Source: the human T2T-CHM13v2.0 reference genome, Homo sapiens. Taken from it: a stretch of 64,000 bases of DNA. The stretch lies in NCBI RefSeq assembly GCF_009914755.1, contig NC_060938.1; one strand, 5' to 3'. This document shows positions 27,401 through 42,400 of the stretch, piece by piece. Both the position numbers and the translations under genes were made by a program. The notes beneath the pieces are model-generated. The model ran no database searches. It had not been told where the DNA came from and was given only the letters and a program-made list of their open reading frames with translations. Numbering within the stretch: position 1 is the first letter of the stretch; every line of letters starts with the position of its first letter.

Positions 27401-30400
27401 TTTGCTTTTTCACCATAGGCCTCAGAGCGCTCCAAATATCCACTTGCACATACTACAAAAAGAGTGCCTCAAAGCTGCTCTCTGAAACGGAATGTTCAAC
27501 TCTATGAGTTGAATGCAAACATCGCAAAGACGTTTCTGAGAATGCTTCTGTCTAGATTTGATATGAAGATATTCCCGTTTCCAACGAAATCTTCAAATCT
27601 ATCCAAATGTCCACTTGCAGATTCAACAAAAAGTGTTTTTCAGAACTGCTCTATCAAAAGAAAGATCCACCTCTGTTAGCTGAGTTCACACATCACAAAC
27701 AAGTTTATGAGAATGCTTCTGTCTAGTTTTTATTTGAAGATATTTCCTTTCTCACCATAGACCTGAAAGCTGTCCTAATGTTCACTTCCAGATACTACAG
27801 AAAGAGTGTTTCAAAACTGCTGTACGAAAGGGAATGTTCAACTCTGTGACTTGAATGCACACATCACAAAGAAGTTTCTGAGGATGCTGCTGTCTACTTT
27901 TTATACGTAATCCCGTTTCCAACGAAATCCTCCAAGCTATCCAAATATCCACTTGCAGATTCCACAGAAAGACTGTTTCAAAACTGCTCTGTCAATAGAA
28001 AGGTTCAACTCTGTTAGCTGCGTGCATATATCCCAAAGAAGATTCTGAGATTGCTTCTGTCTAGTTTTTATGGGAAGATATTTCCCTTTTCACCGTAGGT
28101 GTCAAGGCGCTCCAAATGTCCACTTCCAGATACTACAAAAAGAGTGTTTCAAACCTACTCTGTGAAAGGGAATATTCAACTCTGTGACTTGAATGCACAT
28201 ATCACAAAGAAGTTTCTGAGAATGCTTCTGTCGAGATTTTATATGAAGATATTCCCGTTTCCAACGAAATGCTGAAATCTATCCAAATATCCCCTCGCAG
28301 ATTCTACAAAAAGAGTGTTTCAAAACTGCTCTGTGAAAAGAAAGGTTCAACTCTGTTAGTTGAGTACACACATCACAAACAAGTTTCACACAATGCTTCT
28401 TTCTAGCTTGTAGGGGAAGATATTCCCTTTATCACCATGGGCCTCAAACCGTCCGAAACATCCACTTCCCTATACTACAAAAAGAGCGTTTCAAACCTGC
28501 TCTATGAAAGGCAATGTTCAACTCTGTGACTTGAATGCAGACATCACAGAGCAGTTTCTGAGAATGCTTCTGTCTAGATTTTATAGGAAGATATTCCCGT
28601 TTCCAACGAAATCTTCACAGCTATCCAAATATCCACTTGCAGATTCTACAAAAAGAGTGTATCAAAACTGCTCTGTCAAAAGGAAGGTTCTTCTCTGTTA
28701 GGTGAGTGCATACGTCATAAAGGAGTTTCTGAGAATGTTTCTGTCTAGTGGTTATGGGAAGATATTTGCTTTTTCACCGTAGGCCTCAGAGCGCTCCAAA
28801 TATCCACTTGCACATACTACAAGAAGAGTGCTTCAAAGCTGCTCTCTGAAACGGAATGTTCAACTCTATGAGTTGAATGCAAACATCACAAAGACGTTTC
28901 TGAGAATGCTTCTGTCTAGATTTGATATGAAGATATTCCCGTTTCCAACGAAATCTTCAAATCTATCCAAATGTCCACTTGCAGATTCAACAAAAAGTGT
29001 TTTTCAGAACTGCTCTATCAAAAGAAAGATCCACCTCTGTTAGCTGAGTTCACACATCACAAACAAGTTTATGAGAATGCTTCTGTCTAGTTTTTATTTG
29101 AAGATATTTCCTTTCTCACCATAGAGCTGAAAGCTGTCCTAATGTTCACTTCCAGATACTACAGAAAGAGTGTTTCAAAACTGCTGTACGTAAGGGAATG
29201 TTCAACTCTGTGACTTGAATGCACACATCACAAAGAAGTTTCTGAGGATGCTGCTGTCTACTTTTTATACGTAATCCCGTTTCCAACGAAATCCTCCAAG
29301 CTATCCAAATATCCACTTGCAGATTCCACAGAAAGACTGTTTCAAAACTGCTCTGTCAATAGAAAGGTTCAACTCTGTTAGCTGCATGCATATATCCCAA
29401 AGAAGATTCTGAGATTGCTTCTGTCTAGTTTTTATGGGAAGATATTTCCCTTTTCACCGTAGGCGTCAAGGCGCTCCAAATGTCCACTTCCAGATACTAC
29501 AAAAAGAGTGTTTCAAACCTACTCTGTGAAAGGGAATATTCAACTCTGTGACTTGAATGCACATATCACAAGGAAGTTTCTGAGAATGCTTCTGTCGAAT
29601 TTTTATATGAAGATATTCCCGTTTCCAACGAAATCCTGAAATCTATCCAAATATCCCCTTGCAGATTCTACTAAAAGAGTGTTTCAAAACTGCTCTGTAA
29701 AAAGAAAGGTTCAACTCTGTTAGTTGAGTACACACATCACAAACAAGTTTCACACAATGCTTCTTTCTAGCTTGTAGGGGAAGATATTCCCTTTATCACC
29801 GTGGGCCTCAAACCGTCCGATAAGTCCACTTCCATATACTACAAAAAGAGCGTTTCAAACCTGCTCTATGAAAGGCAATGTTCAACTCTGTGACTTGAAT
29901 GCAGACATCACAGAGCAGTTTCTGAGAATGCTTCTGTCTAGATTTTATAGGAAGATATTCCCGTTTCCAACGAAATCTTCACAGCTATCCAAATATCCAC
30001 TTGCAGATTCTACAAAAAGAGTGTATCAAAACTGCTCTGTCAAAAGGAAGGTTCTTTTCTGTTAGGTGAGTGCATACGTCATAAAGGAGTTTCTGAGAAT
30101 GTTTCTGTCTAGTGGTTATGGGAAGATATTTGCTTTTTCACCGTAGGCCTCAGAGCGCTCCAAATATCCACTTGCACATACTACAAAAAGAGTGCCTCAA
30201 AGCTGCTCTCTGAAACGGAATGTTCAACTCTATGAGTTGAATGCAAACATCGCAAAGACGTTTCTGAGAATGCTTCTGTCTAGATTTGATATGAAGATAT
30301 TCCCGTTTCCAACGAAATCTTCAAATCTATCCAAATGTCCACTTGCAGATTCAACAAAAAGTGTTTTTCAGAACTGCTCTATCAAAAGAAAGATCCACCT

Positions 30401-33400
30401 CTGTTAGCTGAGTTCACACATCACAAACAAGTTTATGAGAATGCTTCTGTCTAGTTTTTATTTGAAGATATTTCCTTTCTCACCATAGAGCTGAAAGCTG
30501 TCCTAATGTTCACTTCCAGATACTACAGAAAGAGTGTTTCAAAACTGCTGTACGAAAGGGAATGTTCAACTCTGTGACTTGAATGCACACATCACAAAGA
30601 AGTTTCTGAGGATGCTGCTGTCTACTTTTTATACGTAATCCCGTTTCCAACGAAATCCTCCAAGCTATCCAAATATCCACTTGCAGATTCCACAGAAAGA
30701 CTGTTTCAAAACTGCTCTGTCAATAGAAAGGTTCAACTCTGTTAGCTGCATGCATATATCCCAAAGAAGATTCTGAGATTGCTTCTGTCTAGTTTTTATG
30801 GGAAGATATTTCCCTTTTCACCGTAGGCGTCAAGGCGCTCCAAATGTCCACTTCCAGATACTACAAAAAGAGTGTTTCAAACCTACTCTGTGAAAGGAAA
30901 TATTCAACTCTGTGACTTGAATGCACATATCACAAGGAAGTTTCTGAGAATGCTTCTGTCGAGATTTTATATGAAGATATTCCCGTTTCCAACGAAATCC
31001 TGAAATCTATCCAAATATCCCCTTGCAGATTCTACAAAAAGAGTGTTTCAAAACTGCTCTGTGAAAAGAAAGGTTCAACTCTGTTAGTTGAGTACACACA
31101 TCACAAACAAGTTTCACAGAATGCTTCTTTCTAGCTTGTAGGGGAAGATATTCCCTTTATCACCATGGGCCTCCAACCGTCCGAAACATCCACTTCCATA
31201 TACTACAAAAAGAGCGTTTCAAACCTGCTCTATGAAAGGCAATGTTCAACTCTGTGACTTGAATGCAGACATCACAGAGCAGTTTCTGAGAATGCTTCTG
31301 TCTAGATTTTATAGGAAGATATTCCCGTTTCCAACGAAATCTTCACAGCTATCCAAATATCCACTTGCAGATTCTACAAAAAGAGTGTATCAAAACTGCT
31401 CTGTCAAAAGGAAGGTTCTTCTCTGTTAGGTGAGTGCATACGTCATAAAGGAGTTTCTGAGAATGTTTCTGTCTAGTGGTTATGGGAAGATATTTGCTTT
31501 TTCACCGTAGGCCTCAGAGCGCTCCAAATATCCACTTGCACATACTACAAAAAGAGTGCTTCAAAGCTGCTCTCTGAAACGGAATGTTCAACTCTGTGAG
31601 TTGAATGCAAACATCACAAAGACGTTTCTGAGAATGCTTCTGTCTAGATTTGATATGAAGATATTCCCGTTTCCAACGAAATCTTCAAATCTATCCAAAT
31701 GTCCACTTGCAGATTCAACAAAAAGTGTTTTTCAGAACTGCTCTATCAAAAGAAAGATCCACCTCTGTTAGCTGAGTTCACACATCACAAACAAGTTTAT
31801 GAGAATGCTTCTGTCTAGTTTTTATTTGAAGATATTTCCTTTCTCACCATAGAGCTGAAAGCTGTCCTAATGTTCACTTCCAGATACTACAGAAAGAGTG
31901 TTTCAAAACTGCTGTACGAAAGGGAATGTTCAACTCTGTGACTTGAATGCACACATCACAAAGAAGTTTCTGAGGATGCTGCTGTCTACTTTTTATACGT
32001 AATCCCGTTTCCAACGAAATCCTCCAAGCTATCCAAATATCCACTTGCAGATTCCACAGAAAGACTGTTTCAAAACTGCTCTGTCAATAGAAAGGTTCAA
32101 CTCTGTTAGCTGCATGCATATATCCCAAAGAAGATTCTGAGATTGCTTCTGTCTAGTTTTTATGGGAAGATATTTCCCTTTTCACCGTAGGCGTCAAGGC
32201 GCTCCAAATGTCCACTTCCAGATACTACAAAAAGAGTGTTTCAAACCTACTCTGTGAAAGGAAATATTCAACTCTGTGACTTGAATGCACATATCACAAG
32301 GAAGTTTCTGAGAATGCTTCTGTCGAGATTTTATATGAAGATATTCCCGTTTCCAACGAAATCCTGAAATCTATCCAAATATCCCCTTGCAGATTCTACA
32401 AAAAGAGTGTTTCAAAACTGCTCTGTAAAAAGAAAGGTTCAACTCTGTTAGTTGAGTACACACATCACAAACAAGTTTCACACAATGCTTCTTTCTAGCT
32501 TGTAGGGGAAGATATTCCCTTTATCACCATGGGCCTCCAACCGTCCGAAACATCCACTTCCATATACTACAAAAAGAGCGTTTCAAACCTGCTCTATGAA
32601 AGGCAATGTTCAACTCTGTGACTTGAATGCAGACATCACAGAGCAGTTTCTGAGAATGCTTCTGTCTAGATTTTATAGGAAGATATTCCCGTTTCCAACG
32701 AAATCTTCACAGCTATCCAAATATCCACTTGCAGATTCTACAAAAAGAGTGTATCAAAACTGCTCTGTCAAAAGGAAGGTTCTTTTCTGTTAGGTGAGTG
32801 CATACGTCATAAAGGAGTTTCTGAGAATGTTTCTGTCTAGTGGTTATGGGAAGATATTTGCTTTTTCACCATAGGCCTCAGAGCGCTCCAAATATCCACT
32901 TGCACATACTACAAAAAGAGTGCCTCAAAGCTGCTCTCTGAAACGGAATGTTCAACTCTATGAGTTGAATGCAAACATCGCAAAGACGTTTCTGAGAATG
33001 CTTCTGTCTAGATTTGATATGAAGATATTCCCGTTTCCAACGAAATCTTCAAATCTATCCAAATGTCCACTTGCAGATTCAACAAAAAGTGTTTTTCAGA
33101 ACTGCTCTATCAAAAGAAAGATCCACCTCTGTTAGCTGAGTTCACACATCACAAACAAGTTTATGAGAATGCTTCTGTCTAGTTTTTATTTGAAGATATT
33201 TCCTTTCTCACCATAGAGCTGAAAGCTGTCCTAATGTTCACTTCCAGATACTACAGAAAGAGTGTTTCAAAACTGCTGTACGAAAGGGAATGTTCAACTC
33301 TGTGACTTGAATGCACACATCACAAAGAAGTTTCTGAGGATGCTGCTGTCTACTTTTTATACGTAATCCCGTTTCCAACGAAATCCTCCAAGCTATCCAA

Positions 33401-36400
33401 ATATCCACTTGCAGATTCCACAGAAAGACTGTTTCAAAACTGCTCTGTCAATAGAAAGGTTCAACTCTGTTAGCTGCGTGCATATATCCCAAAGAAGATT
33501 CTGAGATTGCTTCTGTCTAGTTTTTATGGGAAGATATTTCCCTTTTCACCGTAGGTGTCAAGGCGCTCCAAATGTCCACTTCCAGATACTACAAAAAGAG
33601 TGTTTCAAACCTACTCTGTGAAAGGGAATATTCAACTCTGTGACTTGAATGCACATATCACAAAGAAGTTTCTGAGAATGCTTCTGTCGAGATTTTATAT
33701 GAAGATATTCCCGTTTCCAACGAAATGCTGAAATCTATCCAAATATCCCCTCGCAGATTCTACAAAAAGAGTGTTTCAAAACTGCTCTGTGAAAAGAAAG
33801 GTTCAACTCTGTTAGTTGAGTACACACATCACAAACAAGTTTCACACAATGCTTCTTTCTAGCTTGTAGGGGAAGATATTCCCTTTATCACCATGGGCCT
33901 CAAACCGTCCGAAACATCCACTTCCCTATACTACAAAAAGAGCGTTTCAAACCTGCTCTATGAAAGGCAATGTTCAACTCTGTGACTTGAATGCAGACAT
34001 CACAGAGCAGTTTCTGAGAATGCTTCTGTCTAGATTTTATAGGAAGATATTCCCGTTTCCAACGAAATCTTCACAGCTATCCAAATATCCACTTGCAGAT
34101 TCTACAAAAAGAGTGTATCAAAACTGCTCTGTCAAAAGGAAGGTTCTTCTCTGTTAGGTGAGTGCATACGTCATAAAGGAGTTTCTGAGAATGTTTCTGT
34201 CTAGTGGTTATGGGAAGATATTTGCTTTTTCACCGTAGGCCTCAGAGCGCTCCAAATATCCACTTGCACATACTACAAGAAGAGTGCTTCAAAGCTGCTC
34301 TCTGAAACGGAATGTTCAACTCTATGAGTTGAATGCAAACATCACAAAGACGTTTCTGAGAATGCTTCTGTCTAGATTTGATATGAAGATATTCCCGTTT
34401 CCAACGAAATCTTCAAATCTATCCAAATGTCCACTTGCAGATTCAACAAAAAGTGTTTTTCAGAACTGCTCTATCAAAAGAAAGATCCACCTCTGTTAGC
34501 TGAGTTCACACATCACAAACAAGTTTATGAGAATGCTTCTGTCTAGTTTTTATTTGAAGATATTTCCTTTCTCACCATAGAGCTGAAAGCTGTCCTAATG
34601 TTCACTTCCAGATACTACAGAAAGAGTGTTTCAAAACTGCTGTACGAAAGGGAATGTTCAACTCTGTGACTTGAATGCACACATCACAAAGAAGTTTCTG
34701 AGGATGCTGCTGTCTACTTTTTATACGTAATCCCGTTTCCAACGAAATCCTCCAAGCTATCCAAATATCCACTTGCAGATTCCACAGAAAGACTGTTTCA
34801 AAACTGCTCTGTCAATAGAAAGGTTCAACTCTGTTATCTGCATGCATATATCCCAAAGAAGATTCTGAGATTGCTTCTGTCTAGTTTTTATGGGAAGATA
34901 TTTCCCTTTTCACCGTAGGCGTCAAGGCGCTCCAAATGTCCACTTCCAGATACTACAAAAAGAGTGTTTCAAACCTACTCTGTGAAAGGGAATATTCAAC
35001 TCTGTGACTTGAATGCACATATCACAAGGAAGTTTCTGAGAATGCTTCTGTCGAATTTTTATATGAAGATATTCCCGTTTCCAACGAAATCCTGAAATCT
35101 ATCCAAATATCCCCTTGCAGATTCTACTAAAAGAGTGTTTCAAAACTGCTCTGTAAAAAGAAAGGTTCAACTCTGTTAGTTGAGTACACACATCACAAAC
35201 AAGTTTCACACAATGCTTCTTTCTAGCTTGTAGGGGAAGATATTCCCTTTATCACCATGGGCCTCCAACCGTCCGATAAGTCCACTTCCATATACTACAA
35301 AAAGAGCGTTTCAAACCTGCTCTATGAAAGGCAATGTTCAACTCTGTGACTTGAATGCAGACATCACAGAGCAGTTTCTGAGAATGCTTCTGTCTAGATT
35401 TTATAGGAAGATATTCCCGTTTCCAACGAAATCTTCACAGCTATCCAAATATCCACTTGCAGATTCTACAAAAAGAGTGTATCAAAACTGCTCTGTCAAA
35501 AGGAAGGTTCTTTTCTGTTAGGTGAGTGCATACGTCATAAAGGAGTTTCTGAGAATGTTTCTGTCTAGTGGTTATGGGAAGATATTTGCTTTTTCACCGT
35601 AGGCCTCAGAGCGCTCCAAATATCCACTTGCACATACTACAAAAAGAGTGCCTCAAAGCTGCTCTCTGAAACGGAATGTTCAACTCTATGAGTTGAATGC
35701 AAACATCGCAAAGACGTTTCTGAGAATGCTTCTGTCTAGATTTGATATGAAGATATTCCCGTTTCCAACGAAATCTTCAAATCTATCCAAATGTCCACTT
35801 GCAGATTCAACAAAAAGTGTTTTTCAGAACTGCTCTATCAAAAGAAAGATCCACCTCTGTTAGCTGAGTTCACACATCACAAACAAGTTTATGAGAATGC
35901 TTCTGTCTAGTTTTTATTTGAAGATATTTCCTTTCTCACCATAGAGCTGAAAGCTGTCCTAATGTTCACTTCCAGATACTACAGAAAGAGTGTTTCAAAA
36001 CTGCTGTACGAAAGGGAATGTTCAACTCTGTGACTTGAATGCACACATCACAAAGAAGTTTCTGAGGATGCTGCTGTCTACTTTTTATACGTAATCCCGT
36101 TTCCAACGAAATCCTCCAAGCTATCCAAATATCCACTTGCAGATTCCACAGAAAGACTGTTTCAAAACTGCTCTGTCAATAGAAAGGTTCAACTCTGTTA
36201 GCTGCATGCATATATCCCAAAGAAGATTCTGAGATTGCTTCTGTCTAGTTTTTATGGGAAGATATTTCCCTTTTCACCGTAGGCGTCAAGGCGCTCCAAA
36301 TGTCCACTTCCAGATACTACAAAAAGAGTGTTTCAAACCTACTCTGTGAAAGGAAATATTCAACTCTGTGACTTGAATGCACATATCACAAGGAAGTTTC

Positions 36401-39400
36401 TGAGAATGCTTCTGTCGAGATTTTATATGAAGATATTCCCGTTTCCAACGAAATCCTGAAATCTATCCAAATATCCCCTTGCAGATTCTACAAAAAGAGT
36501 GTTTCAAAACTGCTCTGTAAAAAGAAAGGTTCAACTCTGTTAGTTGAGTACACACATCACAAACAAGTTTCACACAATGCTTCTTTCTAGCTTGTAGGGG
36601 AAGATATTCCCTTTATCACCATGGGCCTCAAACCGTCCGATAAGTCCACTTCCATATACTACAAAAAGAGCGTTTCAAACCTGCTCTATGAAAGGCAATG
36701 TTCAACTCTGTGACTTGAATGCAGACATCACAGAGCAGTTTCTGAGAATGCTTCTGTCTAGATTTTATAGGAAGATATTCCCGTTTCCAACGAAATCTTC
36801 ACAGCTATCCAAATATCCACTTGCAGATTCTACAAAAAGAGTGTATCAAAACTGCTCTGTCAAAAGGAAGGTTCTTTTCTGTTAGGTGAGTGCATACGTC
36901 ATAAAGGAGTTTCTGAGAATGTTTCTGTCTAGTGGTTATGGGAAGATATTTGCTTTTTCACCGTAGGCCTCAGAGCGCTCCAAATATCCACTTGCACATA
37001 CTACAAAAAGAGTGCCTCAAACCTGCTCTCTGAAACGGAATGTTCAACTCTATGAGTTGAATGCAAACATCGCAAAGACGTTTCTGAGAATGCTTCTGTC
37101 TAGATTTGATATGAAGATATTCCCGTTTCCAACGAAATCTTCAAATCTATCCAAATGTCCACTTGCAGATTCAACAAAAAGTGTTTTTCAGAACTGCTCT
37201 ATCAAAAGAAAGATCCACCTCTGTTAGCTGAGTTCACACATCACAAACAAGTTTATGAGAATGCTTCTGTCTAGTTTTTATTTGAAGATATTTCCTTTCT
37301 CACCATAGAGCTGAAAGCTGTCCTAATGTTCACTTCCAGATACTACAGAAAGAGTGTTTCAAAACTGCTGTACGAAAGGGAATGTTCAACTCTGTGACTT
37401 GAATGCACACATCACAAAGAAGTTTCTGAGGATGCTGCTGTCTACTTTTTATACGTAATCCCGTTTCCAACGAAATCCTCCAAGCTATCCAAATATCCAC
37501 TTGCAGATTCCACAGAAAGACTGTTTCAAAACTGCTCTGTCAATAGAAAGGTTCAACTCTGTTAGCTGCATGCATATATCCCAAAGAAGATTCTGAGATT
37601 GCTTCTGTCTAGTTTTTATGGGAAGATATTTCCCTTTTCACCGTAGGCGTCAAGGCGCTCCAAATGTCCACTTCCAGATACTACAAAAAGAGTGTTTCAA
37701 ACCTACTCTGTGAAAGGAAATATTCAACTCTGTGACTTGAATGCACATATCACAAGGAAGTTTCTGAGAATGCTTCTGTCGAGATTTTATATGAAGATAT
37801 TCCCGTTTCCAACGAAATCCTGAAATCTATCCAAATATCCCCTTGCAGATTCTACAAAAAGAGTGTTTCAAAACTGCTCTGTGAAAAGAAAGGTTCAACT
37901 CTGTTAGTTGAGTACACACATCACAAACAAGTTTCACACAATGCTTCTTTCTAGCTTGTAGGGGAAGATATTCCCTTTATCACCATGGGCCTCAAACCGT
38001 CCGATAAGTCCACTTCCATATACTACAAAAAGAGCGTTTCAAACCTGCTCTATGAAAGGCAATGTTCAACTCTGTGACTTGAATGCAGACATCACAGAGC
38101 AGTTTCTGAGAATGCTTCTGTCTAGATTTTATAGGAAGATATTCCCGTTTCCAACGAAATCTTCACAGCTATCCAAATATCCACTTGCAGATTCTACAAA
38201 AAGAGTGTATCAAAACTGCTCTGTCAAAAGGAAGGTTCTTTTCTGTTAGGTGAGTGCATACGTCATAAAGGAGTTTCTGAGAATGTTTCTGTCTAGTGGT
38301 TATGGGAAGATATTTGCTTTTTCACCGTAGGCCTCAGAGCGCTCCAAATATCCACTTGCACATACTACAAAAAGAGTGCCTGAAACCTGCTCTCTGAAAC
38401 GGAATGTTCAACTCTATGAGTTGAATGCAAACATCGCAAAGACGTTTCTGAGAATGCTTCTGTCTAGATTTGATATGAAGATATTCCCGTTTCCAACGAA
38501 ATCTTCAAATCTATCCAAATGTCCACTTGCAGATTCAACAAAAAGTGTTTTTCAGAACTGCTCTATCAAAAGAAAGATCCACCTCTGTTAGCTGAGTTCA
38601 CACATCACAAACAAGTTTATGAGAATGCTTCTGTCTAGTTTTTATTTGAAGATATTTCCTTTCTCACCATAGAGCTGAAAGCTGTCCTAATGTTCACTTC
38701 CAGATACTACAGAAAGAGTGTTTCAAAACTGCTGTACGAAAGGGAATGTTCAACTCTGTGACTTGAATGCACACATCACAAAGAAGTTTCTGAGGATGCT
38801 GCTGTCTACTTTTTATACGTAATCCCGTTTCCAACGAAATCCTCCAAGCTATCCAAATATCCACTTGCAGATTCCACAGAAAGACTGTTTCAAAACTGCT
38901 CTGTCAATAGAAAGGTTCAACTCTGTTAGCTGCATGCATATATCCCAAAGAAGATTCTGAGATTGCTTCTGTCTAGTTTTTATGGGAAGATATTTCCCTT
39001 TTCACCGTAGGCGTCAAGGCGCTCCAAATGTCCACTTCCAGATACTACAAAAAGAGTGTTTCAAACCTACTCTGTGAAAGGGAATATTCAACTCTGTGAC
39101 TTGAATGCACATATCACAAGGAAGTTTCTGAGAATGCTTCTGTCGAGATTTTATATGAAGATATTCCCGTTTCCAACGAAATCCTGAAATCTATCCAAAT
39201 ATCCCCTCGCAGATTCTACAAAAAGAGTGTTTCAAAACTGCTCTGTAAAAAGAAAGGTTCAACTCTGTTAGTTGAGTACACACATCACAAACAAGTTTCA
39301 CACAATGCTTCTTTCTAGCTTGTAGGGGAAGATATTCCCTTTATCACCATGGGCCTCAAACCGTCCGATAAGTCCACTTCCATATACTACAAAAAGAGCG

Positions 39401-42400
39401 TTTCAAACCTGCTCTATGAAAGGCAATGTTCAACTCTGTGACTTGAATGCAGACATCACAGAGCAGTTTCTGAGAATGCTTCTGTCTAGACTTTATAGGA
39501 AGATATTCCCGTTTCCAACGAAATCTTCACAGCTATCCAAATATCCACTTGCAGATTCTACAAAAAGAGTGTATCAAAACTGCTCTGTCAAAAGGAAGGT
39601 TCTTTTCTGTTAGGTGAGTGCATACGTCATAAAGGAGTTTCTGAGAATGTTTCTGTCTAGTGGTTATGGGAAGATATTTGCTTTTTCACCGTAGGCCTCA
39701 GAGCGCTCCAAATATCCACTTGCACATACTACAAAAAGAGTGCCTCAAAGCTGCTCTCTGAAACGGAATGTTCAACTCTATGAGTTGAATGCAAACATCG
39801 CAAAGACGTTTCTGAGAATGCTTCTGTCTAGATTTGATATGAAGATATTCCCGTTTCCAACGAAATCTTCAAATCTATCCAAATGTCCACTTGCAGATTC
39901 AACAAAAAGTGTTTTTCAGAACTGCTCTATCAAAAGAAAGATCCACCTCTGTTAGCTGAGTTCACACATCACAAACAAGTTTATGAGAATGCTTCTGTCT
40001 AGTTTTTATTTGAAGATATTTCCTTTCTCACCATAGAGCTGAAAGCTGTCCTAATGTTCACTTCCAGATACTACAGAAAGAGTGTTTCAAAACTGCTGTA
40101 CGAAAGGGAATGTTCAACTCTGTGACTTGAATGCACACATCACAAAGAAGTTTCTGAGGATGCTGCTGTCTACTTTTTATACGTAATCCCGTTTCCAACG
40201 AAATCCTCCAAGCTATCCAAATATCCACTTGCAGATTCCACAGAAAGACTGTTTCAAAACTGCTCTGTCAATAGAAAGGTTCAACTCTGTTAGCTGCATG
40301 CATATATCCCAAAGAAGATTCTGAGATTGCTTCTGTCTAGTTTTTATGGGAAGATATTTCCCTTTTCACCGTAGGCGTCAAGGCGCTCCAAATGTCCACT
40401 TCCAGATACTACAAAAAGAGTGTTTCAAACCTACTCTGTGAAAGGAAATATTCAACTCTGTGACTTGAATGCACATATCACAAGGAAGTTTCTGAGAATG
40501 CTTCTGTCGAGATTTTATATGAAGATATTCCCGTTTCCAACGAAATCCTGAAATCTATCCAAATATCCCCTTGCAGATTCTACAAAAAGAGTGTTTCAAA
40601 ACTGCTCTGTAAAAAGAAAGGTTCAACTCTGTTAGTTGAGTACACACATCACAAACAAGTTTCACACAATGCTTCTTTCTAGCTTGTAGGGGAAGATATT
40701 CCCTTTATCACCATGGGCCTCAAACCGTCCGATAAGTCCACTTCCATATACTACAAAAAGAGCGTTTCAAACCTGCTCTATGAAAGGCAATGTTCAACTC
40801 TGTGACTTGAATGCAGACATCACAGAGCAGTTTCTGAGAATGCTTCTGTCTAGATTTTATAGGAAGATATTCCCGTTTCCAACGAAATCTTCACAGCTAT
40901 CCAAATATCCACTTGCAGATTCTACAAAAAGAGTGTATCAAAACTGCTCTGTCAAAAGGAAGGTTCTTTTCTGTTAGGTGAGTGCATACGTCATAAAGGA
41001 GTTTCTGAGAATGTTTCTGTCTAGTGGTTATGGGAAGATATTTGCTTTTTCACCGTAGGCCTCAGAGCGCTCCAAATATCCACTTGCACATACTACAAAA
41101 AGAGTGCCTCAAAGCTGCTCTCTGAAACGGAATGTTCAACTCTATGAGTTGAATGCAAACATCGCAAAGACGTTTCTGAGAATGCTTCTGTCTAGATTTG
41201 ATATGAAGATATTCCCGTTTCCAACGAAATCTTCAAATCTATCCAAATGTCCACTTGCAGATTCAACAAAAAGTGTTTTTCAGAACTGCTCTATCAAAAG
41301 AAAGATCCACCTCTGTTAGCTGAGTTCACACATCACAAACAAGTTTATGAGAATGCTTCTGTCTAGTTTTTATTTGAAGATATTTCCTTTCTCACCATAG
41401 AGCTGAAAGCTGTCCTAATGTTCACTTCCAGATACTACAGAAAGAGTGTTTCAAAACTGCTGTACGAAAGGGAATGTTCAACTCTGTGACTTGAATGCAC
41501 ACATCACAAAGAAGTTTCTGAGGATGCTGCTGTCTACTTTTTATACGTAATCCCGTTTCCAACGAAATCCTCCAAGCTATCCAAATATCCACTTGCAGAT
41601 TCCACAGAAAGACTGTTTCAAAACTGCTCTGTCAATAGAAAGGTTCAACTCTGTTAGCTGCATGCATATATCCCAAAGAAGATTCTGAGATTGCTTCTGT
41701 CTAGTTTTTATGGGAAGATATTTCCCTTTTCACCGTAGGCGTCAAGGCGCTCCAAATGTCCACTTCCAGATACTACAAAAAGAGTGTTTCAAACCTACTC
41801 TGTGAAAGGGAATATTCAACTCTGTGACTTGAATGCACATATCACAAGGAAGTTTCTGAGAATGCTTCTGTCGAGATTTTATATGAAGATATTCCCGTTT
41901 CCAACGAAATCCTGAAATCTATCCAAATATCCCCTCGCAGATTCTACAAAAAGAGTGTTTCAAAACTGCTCTGTAAAAAGAAAGGTTCAACTCTGTTAGT
42001 TGAGTACACACATCACAAACAAGTTTCACACAATGCTTCTTTCTAGCTTGTAGGGGAAGATATTCCCTTTATCACCATGGGCCTCAAACCGTCCGATAAG
42101 TCCACTTCCATATACTACAAAAAGAGCGTTTCAAACCTGCTCTATGAAAGGCAATGTTCAACTCTGTGACTTGAATGCAGACATCACAGAGCAGTTTCTG
42201 AGAATGCTTCTGTCTAGACTTTATAGGAAGATATTCCCGTTTCCAACGAAATCTTCACAGCTATCCAAATATCCACTTGCAGATTCTACAAAAAGAGTGT
42301 ATCAAAACTGCTCTGTCAAAAGGAAGGTTCTTTTCTGTTAGGTGAGTGCATACGTCATAAAGGAGTTTCTGAGAATGTTTCTGTCTAGTGGTTATGGGAA

